From the human T2T-CHM13v2.0 reference genome, Homo sapiens: DNA of 64,000 bases. Shown here piece by piece: positions 53,245 to 64,000 of this stretch. The stretch is from NCBI RefSeq assembly GCF_009914755.1, contig NC_060928.1. One strand, written 5' to 3'. The position numbers were made by a program, and so were the translations under genes. Numbering within the stretch: position 1 is the stretch's first letter; each line of letters starts with the position of its first letter. The notes under the pieces are model-generated. The model was given only the letters and a program-made list of their open reading frames with translations, was not told where the DNA came from and did not search any database.

Positions 53245-53800
53245 GATCAGTCAACAACCAGTCAGGAAAACAAAATCATGCTAAGCATTTTAGGTAGAAG
53301 GAAATTGGATACAAAGGACCTACAAGGACTAGAGGAACTGAAGGAAAAAGAGAAAGGGGTATCAAGGGACCAAAAAAGGAAGGAGTGATGGGTGGAGATT
53401 AAGACTCTTGTGCTATCCCCCTGAGCCAAGCTCCCTGGAACCAGCTTCTTCAGCGTTCTCTGGAAATTCTGACATTTCTAGAGCAATCAGCACCTAAGGG
53501 AGTGGCTACTGCTTCCAGGGGCTGTGGAGCCTTCAGGCAGCCCCTCCCTGCTGCTCTTGTAGCAACAACCAACAACTGTCAGCAATGGCCATTGGGATCT
53601 GAACCACAAGGAAGAAATGCCTCAGTTTCTCCCACTTTCTGATCTCCTGGTAGCACTTTCAAATGACAGAACTGAATGAGAAGCCAACAGGGAAGGGAGT
53701 GTGGAAATGTAGCTTGCAGACTAGCAGCCCCAGAAACTCTAAGCAGAACAGAGAGGGGCAGGCATGGAACTAGAGGCACCAGGTAAATAAGCAACATAGA
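53245..53800 (-). mobile_element. LTR33/LTR41-family ERVL LTR
   Basis: CAGTCAGGAAAACA...TCTGATCTCCTG...GAAGCCAACAGGGAAGGGAG...GGAAATGTAGCTTGCAG...GGAACTAGAGGCA. Confidence 0.7.
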
Positions 53801-54019
53801 CACCCAGGTAGAAGCAATGATGTTTTCCCCATTAACATTTGACACACATAAAATCAGGATATAATTGACATCAAAAACGAGATACAGATGTTGGGCGCAA
53901 AGGGAGGTACAAGAAAGGGAGAATTGTCACAAAAGCACAGCAAGTGATCTGTGGAGTGTATTAAAGTAGAAATGGCATTTGCCTTTGTAGCCTGTTGGCC
54001 TTTCTTTTTATATAAACTA

Positions 54020-54300
54020 AGACATGGGAGATTTTCTAAAATTATTACTTTCAAGTTTTTCAAATAATACATGAATATACCCTCCTTGTAAGGCATTAAA
54101 ATTTATGGATGTAGGTTAATCCCCTTTGATTACCAAGCCAATCCTAGTCCCTTTCCCAGAAATTACTGCTGTCAGTTTGATGTATATCCAAAGAGGGTGA
54201 AATATCCAACAGTAGGAAAAATGACCAAGTACATTGTAGCATATTTACAGGATGGAGTATGTGTTTGCTTTTCAAGAGAATAAAGTAGATATGCAAAGGT
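54020..54300 (-). mobile_element. Old L1ME-like 3' fragment
   Basis: AAATAATACATGAATATA...CCCAGAAATTACTGCTGTCAGTTTGATGTATATCC. Confidence 0.45.
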
Positions 54301-54727
54301 TTCATAAATAGCAAGTGAAAACTTGAATTTGCAGGATATATCGTATGTGTTCCATTAATGAGTTTTCTAATCGCGTACAAGATAAAGTCTTATTTTCTCT
54401 CTAGCACGTGGCTGTAATTTTATTTTCTGTGTCCATTGCTCCACAGTGGATATCTGGGTCATCTCTCAGATGGACTCAGACTTGAATACCTTCCTTCTGT
54501 ATCATTGCACATTCTCTGCTGTATTTCCCACCACTCAATTGACCAGAAAGAAGAATGTTAGGAATTAGAAAAAGAGACAACAAAAAATATATATATATAA
54601 ACAAAGTAGAATTATAGGTAACATATTGGCATTATTTGTGGTTGCAAAAACTTAATCATTAGAAATGGTCTTTCACAAATGCCGTGGATTCTCAGATTCT
54701 GTCAAGCAGTTTAAAAATCGGCTCTGA

Positions 54728-54746
54728 TTTCTTTCTCTCTTTCTTT

Positions 54747-54802
<56 letters not shown>

Positions 54803-54820
54803 TTTTTCCTTTCTTCCTTT
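54728..54820. repeat. (TTTC)n microsatellite / polypyrimidine tract
   Basis: Long TTTC array read directly. Confidence 0.95.
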
Positions 54821-55026
54821 CTCAATGCTTAGATACAGCTCCTTGTACATAATGAAGTTGCCATTTAAGGGAGAAGCTTTGAAAAAGATACTGATTAATA
54901 TGCAGGTGAAATCTTTGTTAGACTCCTAAAATTACATCTAAAGGAAGAATCACAAAAAGAAATGCAAAAAAATTCAGTTGCATTGAACATCATTAAAAAA
55001 CTCACACATTGAGGGACAATTCACAT

Positions 55027-55573
55027 TGTCTTATGGTCTCCCCCAGAGCAGACCTGAGATAAAGCTTGCAGGCAGGGAGTTTATATTGAACATATTCCCA
55101 GGGAGTAGAAGTCAGGGACCAAGGGAGTGAAATTAGGGAGGCAATATCAAAACAAGGTATGCTATGCAACTGATCACCTATGTCTGCATATGACAGATGC
55201 TAGATTTCACCATGACCTTCTGAGAACCTTTGTGGAATGCATCTCGGAACTGTCCATCTGAAGGAAGAAAGAGAAAAGCACTTTTCTACCCATTTCTTTC
55301 CTTCACTTTTCAAGGATTGTCCCACAAAGTGGTAGCTCTTCTATAATTTTGTGTTGTGCTTCATGAACGCTAATGGTTCATGAAGGTTTCCCTTGCCACC
55401 TGGTCAGAAAAATTACTGGAAAGGACACCAGAGTTAACAGCAAATGCCTGGGATGAGGCAGTGCCAGGTTACACCTGTGCAAAGCCAGCCCACATAGAAC
55501 TCGTCACTGCATCCAGAGCTGAATGTGAGGCCAAGGGAACTTGGAGCAGGACACAAGAGGTGTCAGATCCACA
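55027..55573 (-). mobile_element. LTR16-family ERVL solo LTR
   Basis: TGTCTTA...CCCCCAGAGCAGACCTGAGATAAAG...GTTTAT...TCCCAGGGAG...GGGAGTGAAA; ends ...TCCACA. Confidence 0.7.
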
Positions 55574-55719
55574 ATTCTTAAAAAATATCAAAAGCTTAGC
55601 ACCTGAGTCACATATGGGTTAGTGAAGGTGAATGCTGTATTAATTTGAGTATGTATTTTATCTGCCTGAAGGGATTATAAATAGCCATATATTCTTAAAT
55701 GTCCCACAAGTTTAAAATA

Positions 55720-55835
55720 TATTTGAATATATAAAATGTGCTCTTTGAGAGCAGGAGCCATATTTTATCTATTTTACCATCATATGTGTAGTAGAGGGAC
55801 AGGCAACAAAAGGAGCTCAATAAATATTTAGTAAA
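55720..55835 (+). mobile_element. L2 3' end
   Basis: CTTTGAGAGCAGGAGCCATAT...GCTCAATAAATATTT. Confidence 0.55.
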
Positions 55836-56479
55836 GGTGTACAGGAGAACGATCTTCAAAGACAGCTAATGTAAATCCAGTCTGCTTGGTCTTTTCAATG
55901 TCAGACATGTTTAGGAGATTAAACCCTTTCTCTCTTCACTATTTACTTTCCTTTTTCTTCTGATAATTGTGAAGGCAGAAAGAAGCAATGGGTGCTAGAA
56001 TGGGCCAGGTAGGATATTACGGTAGAATGAGAGAGAATTAAATACTTTGCCAAAATATGCTAGATACTTTGTAAATTATGTGTCCCAGCCCCCATGTATG
56101 GGGTTAACTCACATACAGGACTTGTTTCTCTCCCCTAGTTTTCCTGTCTCTTATCCTCAAAGTCAGCCTATAAGCACACAGTCTTTTGTTATTTTCATGT
56201 CTGCCATGTTCAGCTCATATTTTAAATTATGGCATAAAATCGTTGTTGGTTTCAGAAGTGGTATGAGCAGAGATATAAGTTATGGAGTAATATCTGGAGC
56301 CTGCAGTGGGCCACCCTGAATTTGTTGTTACCCTGTCACTGTCTTCTCAACAAATGGGCCAGATTTCAGAAAACGTAATTACTTAAATGGAAACCATGAA
56401 ATGCAATTCTAAATCAGTTGATAATGTGTCTCTGCTTGTAGGCAGAGTCCCATCTAAGAAGGATGCTGGCTTCTCCTGC

Positions 56480-56640
56480 TGTTGGTCTGTTTACACCAAA
56501 CTGACTTGATATTTTTATCTGTTTACGAAGTGGTGCAAAATGTTTACATAGTAGTGACCTGGTTTCTGTGGATCTGGGAGTGCTGTTTGCAGTAGAATGT
56601 TTGCTAATCTTCCGTGACGCTCTAATCGTTTGTATTTAGT
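56480..56640. promoter_or_regulatory. Candidate forkhead (FOXA-type) enhancer
   Basis: TGTTTAC at 56488, 56520, 56541 and TGTTTGC at 56584, 56598, all in the same orientation; GATA motif TTATCT at 56515. Confidence 0.45.
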
Positions 56641-57244
56641 GAGGCCTCAGTTTTGGTTGATAGAGCTATTTAGAAAATGGCTCCACTTCAATACCAACCT
56701 TGTTTTCTTTTGTCTTCGGAAGAGTGGTTTTAGAAGAGCTCCCCATGTACCAGACTGTTGGTCTTTTACTTTAGATTTGATTCAAGTTAAACACTTTGGA
56801 TTCCTGAAAATGTGTATTTTTAACCATTTAAGATATTGAAATTCCAACAGCAAAACATAGACAAATACAACCTCTGATTAGCTGCAGATTTCTCAGAACT
56901 CTAGTTTCCACTAAAGTGTATCAACCTCATCTTCAGTCTAAGCTGTTGCTGGGCTATTCCTGGACCTGTCTCTGGAAAGCAAAACTGAGTTTTTCTACAT
57001 TTTTAACAAGGTATTATCTCCCAGGCGCAGGGAACTTTTCACTTAGGACTAGGTTGCAAATCTCGGTGATGAAGGAGGTAAGGACGGCCCAATTCACCTT
57101 ACAATTCTGATGTGACTGTCAACTGTGACAATGAATAAGAGCACTTTACAAGCCACATTGAACTGAATATGTAACAGGTTAGTATTGATGTACATTTTAT
57201 TTGATTCCAATCCTGAACACTATTCCTAGACTTAAGTCCATTAG

Positions 57245-57425
57245 CAGGAAATGGAGAAGCACTGAAATGGAAATCACGAGCCTTATGTCTGCAACCCCTC
57301 TAAGTATTCAGGTAATATTTGATAAGTCACTTGTCATCTCTGGGCCTCAAAGTCCTCACTGGCAAAATTAAGCAACTGGGTTAAGTAATCTCAACATCTT
57401 TTTTTTAGCACTATGATTCTTTGTA
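57245..57425 (+). mobile_element. MIR3/MIRc-like
   Basis: AAGTCACTTG...CTCTGGGCCTCA...CCTCA...AAAAT. Confidence 0.6.
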
Positions 57426-57838
57426 ACTATAGTACACATTTTTTATGAAATAGGAAAAGCTCATGTCATACTGTCTAATTATGAAATAAGATCTTTCACC
57501 TTTTTATTTGTTTTATTTTCAGATAATTGTTTTGAAGAAAGATCTTTTATAATTTTACTTTTATTTGCATCCTAATTCTTATATCAAAATAGTAATATAA
57601 TTTTGGTTCTATAATATATTAATAATTTTACAGAAAAGTGATGTTAGGTTTTTTAGTAATGGACAGTTTCCACTTAAAAATTTTTTGGTGAAACTATTTG
57701 GAATAAATATGAAATTGATTTGGGGTTCCACAATTGAATATCCATCCCTGCAGCATCACTCCCAGCCTCATCCCCGACCTGAGCCAGTAGAGTGAGGGAG
57801 GCCTAAAGTTTTAATGCTTTTAAAACTACGCTTCTGAC

Positions 57839-58132
57839 CAGTGTTTCCTAAAGTTTGTTTTACAGAACACTAGCATCATGAGATGTTATAGGGAAGGCAT
57901 GAAAAAGGTTCCATGATTAAATGAGTTTGTGGGTTGGTAGATACAGCAAATGTAAATGGACTTCCTTACTATGATGTTTTCTCACAGTTTTTAATCCACT
58001 TTTAATAGAGCATTCTCCAGCTTGAGTAGAGAGATATGACATGTATGTTGTACAGTCATGATGGACCATAGGACTCTTTTATGTGAGAAAATCTCAAGGG
58101 ACCAGGTTCCTTGGGACACACTTTGAGAAATT
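57839..58132 (+). mobile_element. MER103-like hAT-Charlie element
   Basis: CAGTGTTTCCTAAAGT...GAACACTAG...AAGGTTCCATG...GGACACACTTTGAGAAA with inverted termini. Confidence 0.7.
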
Positions 58133-59202
58133 TAGTTTTTATTGTTAAGGAATTAAAATTAACTGAGAAAGTAAATATTCACTGAGACTCTAAAGTGAGG
58201 AAACCTCGCAGCTAGTGTTATTCACTCATGTGTGCTACTGGAATGGTACAATTGCATCAGGTTCAGTCATATTAAGGATTAGTTAGTAGTTTTATATTTG
58301 TTTGAGAGCATATTTTACCAATTAAATTAATTGGCTTTGTATGGTACTCAGTATACTATCAAGAACATAGAGATGTTTCACAAATGCTTTGGATGCTGGA
58401 GTTAAAGGTTTTTAGACCTTTTTTTTGTAGCCAATTAGTAAAGAATTTATGGCTGCCTCATTCTTTACCTCTTTTCTTTTCTCCTTTCTTTAACAAACAT
58501 TCACTGAGTGCCAAGTCCCAAGCGTTTTTCTAGGCTCTGGTGCTATATCATTGACCACTAAGACAGAGATCCTTCCTAAACAAGTCATGATTAAGTAGGG
58601 GAAGTAAATATGTATTTTTAAATTGCAATACAATGGGGCAAATGTAACCTTGAACACAAATACAAAGCAAAAAGGCAATGAGGATGAAAGAGAGCAACTA
58701 ATCTTCAAAGAGTGCCAAGGAATGTTTTCTTGACAGACACCTATCTGAGTCTTGAAAGCAGAATAGAAGTTTGCTAGACAGAACATGCTGGTTGATTCTG
58801 GCACTAAGATTAAAAATGTCAAAGCTGAGGAGATAGGGAACATTTTGTTGAGTGTGGGAAAGTCTAAGCAGTTCCATATTATTGGAACATAAAGTGGAAG
58901 GAGCAAAGGAGAAAGATATAAGGCTTAAGAGCTTGGCAAGTGTCACTTTATTAAAGCTTTATGTGCTTTGTAAAACAACTCAGAATCTGGCTCAGGCAAT
59001 AAAGAATTCTGAAAGGATTTTAAAAAGAGGAGAGCTGTGATAAAACCTGGTCTTAAAAGTTGACCTTTGAAGCAGTGTAGAGAGGCTAGTGATAGGGACA
59101 TCAATTAGTAAGTATTGTAACAGTCCAAGTGAGACATGATGGGTAACTAAGTCATGGCACTTATGGTGACATATTTGGATGGGAGAAGTCATATTTGAAA
59201 TA

Positions 59203-59983
59203 AGATGGTCCTCAACTTCTGATGCTTTGATTATAATTTTTTGACTTTATGATGGTGTAAAAGCCACACACATTCAGTAGAAACCATACTTCACGTACCC
59301 ATGTGATATGGTTTACGTCTGTGTCCCCACCCAAATCTCATGTTAAAATATAATCCCCAATGCTGGAGGTGGGGCCTGGTGGGAGGTGACTGGATAGAGG
59401 GGGCAGGGTTCTCATGAATGGTTTAGCACCATCCCCCCTTGGTACTGTATAGTGAGTGAGTTTTCATGAGCTCTGGTTGTTTAAAAATGTACAGTACCTC
59501 CCACCTCTCTCTCTTCCTCCTGCTCTGACTATGTAACACGTGCCTCTTTCCATTCACCTTCTGCCATGATTGTAAGTTTTCTGAGGCCTCCGTGGAAGCA
59601 GAAGCCACTATACTCCTTGTACAACCTGCAGAACCATGAGCCAATTAAACCTCTTTTCTTTATAAATTACCCAGTCTCAGGTATTCTTTATATCTGTGTG
59701 AGAATGGACTAATGCACCGTACAACCATTCTGATTTGACTTTCAGTACAGTATTCAATAAAGTACGTGAGGTATTCAACACTTTATTATAAAACAGGCTT
59801 TGCGTTGATGATTTTTGCTCAACTATAGGACAATTGAAGTGTTCTGAGCATGCCTAAGGTGGGTTGGGCTGAGATATGACATTCAGTAGTTGAGGTATAT
59901 TAAGTGCATTTTAAACTTAGAATATTTTCAAGTTAGGTTGGATTTATTGGGACATGACCCCGTCATAAGTCAAAAAGCATTTG
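59203..59983 (-). mobile_element. MER47A (Tigger-derived), split by MSTA
   Basis: CATTCAGTAGAAACCATACTT...ACTTTCAGTACAGTATTCAATAAA...CAACACTTTATTATAAAA...GTGTTCTGAGCA; TA at both flanks. Confidence 0.88.
59304..59716 (+). mobile_element. MSTA MaLR solo LTR
   Basis: TGATATGGTTT...CCCCACCCAAATCTCATG...CCTGCAGAACCATGAGCCAATTAAACCTCTTTTCTTTATAAATTACCCAGTCTCAGGTATT...GACTAATGCA; diverged 5-bp TSD CCATG/CCGTA. Confidence 0.92.
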
Positions 59984-60819
59984 TATAGATGATGCAGATT
60001 TAATAATACTTGTTATAGCAACGGAATGGAATGGATGACTCCCAGCTGTGTGGCTTCTGGTTTATAAGATTGGTTGGATAATGGTGTTTATGACGAGATA
60101 GGAAATACAAGAGAATGAATGTCATTTTGAAGTGTAAATATGTTTGTTTCTTGTATATAAAATTTTAAGTGCCTTGGAGATATACAGGATGAGGCCCTAA
60201 CACAGGTGATCCATTATATTCACCTTGACTTCCATAGAACTATTTTGTTTAATGTTATATATTTACAAATCATCAGCTTTTAGGTGGTGGATACCATAAG
60301 CTTGACATAGAGGATATAGTATAGTCTTAGAAGACTCCAAGAGACAGAATAATAAGGAATATCATTGTATTAAAATAAAGATATGGGATCCTAAAAAGGA
60401 GAATGAAAAAGTTATCATTCCAAGATCTAATAAATCAAGGTGTGGAAGACAGAGAATGAGAGAATTTTAAGGAGACATTTGTTAAAGAAAGAAAAAAGCC
60501 AAACGCCACAGAGAAGTATTCTGAGATAAGACTGAGTCTTGTTTTAGGATTTGGCAACGTCGAATTCTCGGTGACCCTTCTTAGGGTGGTTTCAGTGGCA
60601 GAGCCTGGGCTGAAACCACATTGCCTTATATAGTTGAGATAAAAGCAAGTGAGAACAATGGGTTTTGCTCTTTTTTCTCAAGAAGCTTTGGCTGGGAAAA
60701 GAAGGAAGGGAAAGGTAAGAATAGCTAAAGGGGGATGAAGGGTCAAGAAAAGGGTTTTTAAAATATAATCGGTGTGTATGGGGAAGAGAGAAGGAAGGCA
60801 GGCACATGTTTATAAGCTA

Positions 60820-61048
60820 ACAGGTCTCTCAGCCTTGATACTGCTGACATTTGGAACCAGGTAATACGTCATGATAATGAGCATGGGATGCAGGGAGTGT
60901 CTTCTCCATTGTAGGTGTTTTTCAGGATGCATGTCCTCTACCCACTGGACTCAGTAGCACCCCAGTCGCAACAATCAAAAATATCTGCAGACATTGCCAA
61001 ACATCTCCTGAGGGAGGGAGGCACGTTGTTCCTGGTTGAGAAACACTA
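60820..61048. mobile_element. MER20 hAT-Charlie element
   Basis: TCTCAGCCTTG...TGACATTTGG...CTCTACCCACTGGA...CAGACATTGCCAAA...GGTTGAGAAACACT. Confidence 0.85.
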
Positions 61049-61899
61049 GACAAGAAGAAAATGGAAGAGATTGAAGATATAAGACAGAGAAGGGAAAAAT
61101 AATGCAGAATCCACTGAAGTAGTCAGAGGCACGGGGATCCAAATCACAGATAAAGTTGCTTCCTTTGTACAGAACAGACATATCTTCCTCTGACTCCAAA
61201 ATTAGAGAGAAAAAGAGCACAGAAATGCTAGGACATTCACACTGTGGTCTGGAAGATTGGTCAAGAAACGAAGAAATAACTTTTTTTCCCTCTGAATTAA
61301 TGAGATGAGGTCATCTGGTAAAAATGAACAAGCAGCAGCAGCTCAGTGAGAAGACTAAGGAAGTCGAAATTTTGCAGGATGATACAGCTTAGTGAATGTG
61401 AGAGGGAAAGACCAACAATGAGAAACGTCTTGAAGAATATAACTGAAGCCCCATATTGGGAAAGCATGACTCTCAAAACATCCCAATGCGATATGTGTAT
61501 GATTTCCTCCTAGCCACACCCAGGCCCTTAGCTAAAGAAATGCAGAGGGCTGTGTATATGGTTGCTGCAGTGTGGGGTGGCTGTAGGAAGCATGGCACTA
61601 TAAATGCCGCACTATTCCCTATCAACGGTAGGGAAAGTGACACGAGACAATAGCTAGAATCACAGATTGATAAAGACAGGGTGATCACAGGTACCTTCAG
61701 AGATCAGTGGATCTCAGGCAATATCTAGCTCAGTGGTTTTCAAGCTAGTCAATCAATGAAATCTCTTTTAAAAATAGATCATAGTGCTTCAATTCTAATT
61801 TCCAAAGGTGATGTCTAAAAATTTCAGTGAGATTGAGTATATTTTGTATTTTAAAATCATTCGTATATTATTTTCTATATACTGTATCTTCATATTTAA

Positions 61900-62430
61900 C
61901 CACTTAAAAATAAGATACTTAACTTTTACTGATTTATCAGATCTCTTCATATGTTAAAGAAATTAACTCTACATGATAAGTTTAGCAAATGTTTATCCCA
62001 ATTTTTTCTTTATTTTGTCTTCAAGTTTATCTGTGATTTTATTCAGGAATTTTAAAATTAATATATTAAATATATCAATCTGTCCTATGAAATCATAGTA
62101 GTTTTGTGACTTAGAAAGGGTTTCTTCATAGAGATGTGATAAAATCCTTCTCTTATGTTTTCCTCTAGAATTTTATGGTTTTGCTTTTTTATGTATTTAC
62201 ATTTGTGGCCCATCTGGGAATTTATTTTGGCATAGGAAGTAAGCTGGGGGTGCAATTTAACTTTTTCAGAGGGTACCAATTACCTAAATATAATTTATCA
62301 GATACCCTCTTTTCCCCCACTGTTAGGCAATGCTACTTATTTCATCAAATAAACACATGCAGCTATTTGGGTCTGTTTATGCATCCTCCATTTATTCCAT
62401 TGATCTGTTTGTTTATTTATTAATGTGCAT
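61900..62430 (-). mobile_element. Old L1ME-like ORF2 fragment
   Basis: Minus-strand ORF relic LTSYAKINS...KILEENIRE; CCATCTGGGAATTTATTTTGG...TTTATTCCATTGATCTGTTTGT. Confidence 0.75.
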
Positions 62431-62479
62431 ATATTGAATAGCTCTCTGAGTAATACCCATGATGATAAAGAACCATTGA

Positions 62480-62620
62480 TCAGACGAAACTCCTCATTTT
62501 ATGCTGAGGCCCAGAGTATTTAAGTGGTTGATCAGAGAGTCATTTAGTTAAAGTGGTGGAGCTCACCAGAACCTGAGACCCGTGTTTCTGTGTAAGTATG
62601 AGTTACACTAATGCCTCACT
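62480..62620 (-). mobile_element. MIR fragment
   Basis: CTCCTCATTTTA...CTGAGGCCCAGAG...TAAGTG...AGTGGTGGAGCT. Confidence 0.55.
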
Positions 62621-64000
62621 AGCTTCCAATGGACCCAGTTTTTCTGATACAGAGTCATTGACTACACCTGATAAGCACCCATCATTTCAAGCCCACGTAC
62701 CTTTGGTTATTCTGTTGACTAGGAGAGGGAGTACCACTGATGATTGATGGGAAGAGAAAGTGTGTGTAGACAATGACTGCTCAGTGATCACGAAAGTGCC
62801 TTATTCTTCTGCAGGTTGAGGAATGTGAACCATTTGGGTGATTGTGGAAATACCGTGTTCAGATTGTGTGGTTCTGGAATGGGAGTTTAGAGATAAGATG
62901 TAGTGAAAGAAAAACATATGGATATTGTGTCCAAAGATGGATAGACAGATATTTAACATAAACCATGAACTAATTTTCAATGGTTTATGTAAATGTGTTT
63001 CTCTACAAAAATTATACATTCTTTTTAGTTGATAGAAATCTTTATCCTTTGTTGTAGCATGAAGACTAAAACAAAATAAGCCGTATTTGTGCAGTGTTTA
63101 TTTCAAAGTTATAATATCAATTTAACTTTGCATTTTCACAAGCCTAGAATGCAGTATTATTTAACAGATAGATATTACATTAGAGTTCTTTGGAATTATT
63201 TTTAAAGTTTAGAAAATAAGCAAACCACATAATTTTCCAAAAGAAAAAGAAACGAATTACTTCGTCATTTCAAAGCTTATAGACAGAGTGCCGTAGTGGT
63301 CCTTGAAGACATGAGATGCCAGTTACAAGCCAATTGTATCAAAGTATGAGATGAATAAGAAATGATTCAAATCCAATAAAATACTAAACAAGGACATTGG
63401 TTGCTTTCCAGCCAACATGTTAGAATACATGGGGTAGTAGAAAGATCGCCTGCATAGAATTTGCTCTTGCCAGATAGCAAATATTGCTAGTAATGTTTAA
63501 ATTAAGTATCGATTGGATAATCTTCACAGGTGGCATATTCAGATTTTATTCAGTCTGTGTCTTCTTTACTCTTCTTATGTAATATAAAACAACTAAGATA
63601 AAAAACAATGAGCATAGACTCTACCAATAGATTTGTGGCAAATATTGACTGGTTTGAAACTTTAGCCAACTTAACAATTTAATGTCTTCTGATTTGCTAA
63701 TTGCTTTAGTATTTCCAAAATAAGTGTCAAGAAGACAACTGCAGGAGTGGTATGACCCACATTCACCTATGAGACCCTTATTTTAACTCTGTAATAGTCT
63801 TAGGATTTGAATTAAATCCTAGGCAACACTATAAAAGCTAGAGATTCCCTGTGGGTCAAAGTTATCAAAGAAGCATTACATTTTAAATTTAGATGCATCC
63901 TTTTTTTGGGAAAAAAAGGAAACTTTGGGAAACCCAGTGATTACAAGTTTCCAGACTGGAGCTTTGAGCTTAAGCAGAATTGAAGAAACACTAGTATCAA

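Larger units (their letters stand above)
58485..61450 (-). mobile_element. L2 LINE, fragmented by MER47A/MSTA and MER20
   Basis: TTAACAAACATTCACTGAGTGCC...CTAGGCTCTG; CTGAGTCTTGAA; GGATTTGGCAAC...GGTGACCCT...GTTTCAGTGG. Confidence 0.8.

Noticed and set aside
55359-55385. 10-bp inverted repeat CTTCATGAAC/GTTCATGAAG
   Set aside because: Isolated, lies inside a decayed LTR, and too short to imply a structured RNA.

Overview
AT-rich primate genomic DNA, probably human or another catarrhine because AluY elements are present. It is intergenic or deep-intronic, and I found no credible protein-coding exon, RNA gene, CpG island or prokaryote-type system. The ORF track consists of chance ORFs and decayed Alu, L1 and ERVL fragments. 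Much of the window is interspersed repeat: 8 Alu-family copies, L1 fragments of many ages, L2, MIR, ERVL/MaLR/ERV1 LTRs, two ERVL internal relics and several DNA transposons (MER82, MER47A, MER20, MER5, MER63, MER103), with several nested insertions. Repeat subfamily names come from my recall of consensus sequences, and boundaries are approximate unless a TSD is quoted. The signals most worth checking are: a helically phased forkhead-motif cluster (56.5 kb); a CpG-retaining promoter/enhancer-like segment (39.5-40.4 kb) followed by possible + strand lncRNA exons; a perfect - strand splice donor (21.67 kb); a two-ended, internally deleted L1; a MER82-like element carrying MIR-like sequence; a perfect 48-bp tandem duplication; and a T17/A18 palindrome. 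I see no convincing evidence of a new biological system, and all functional suggestions are hypotheses.
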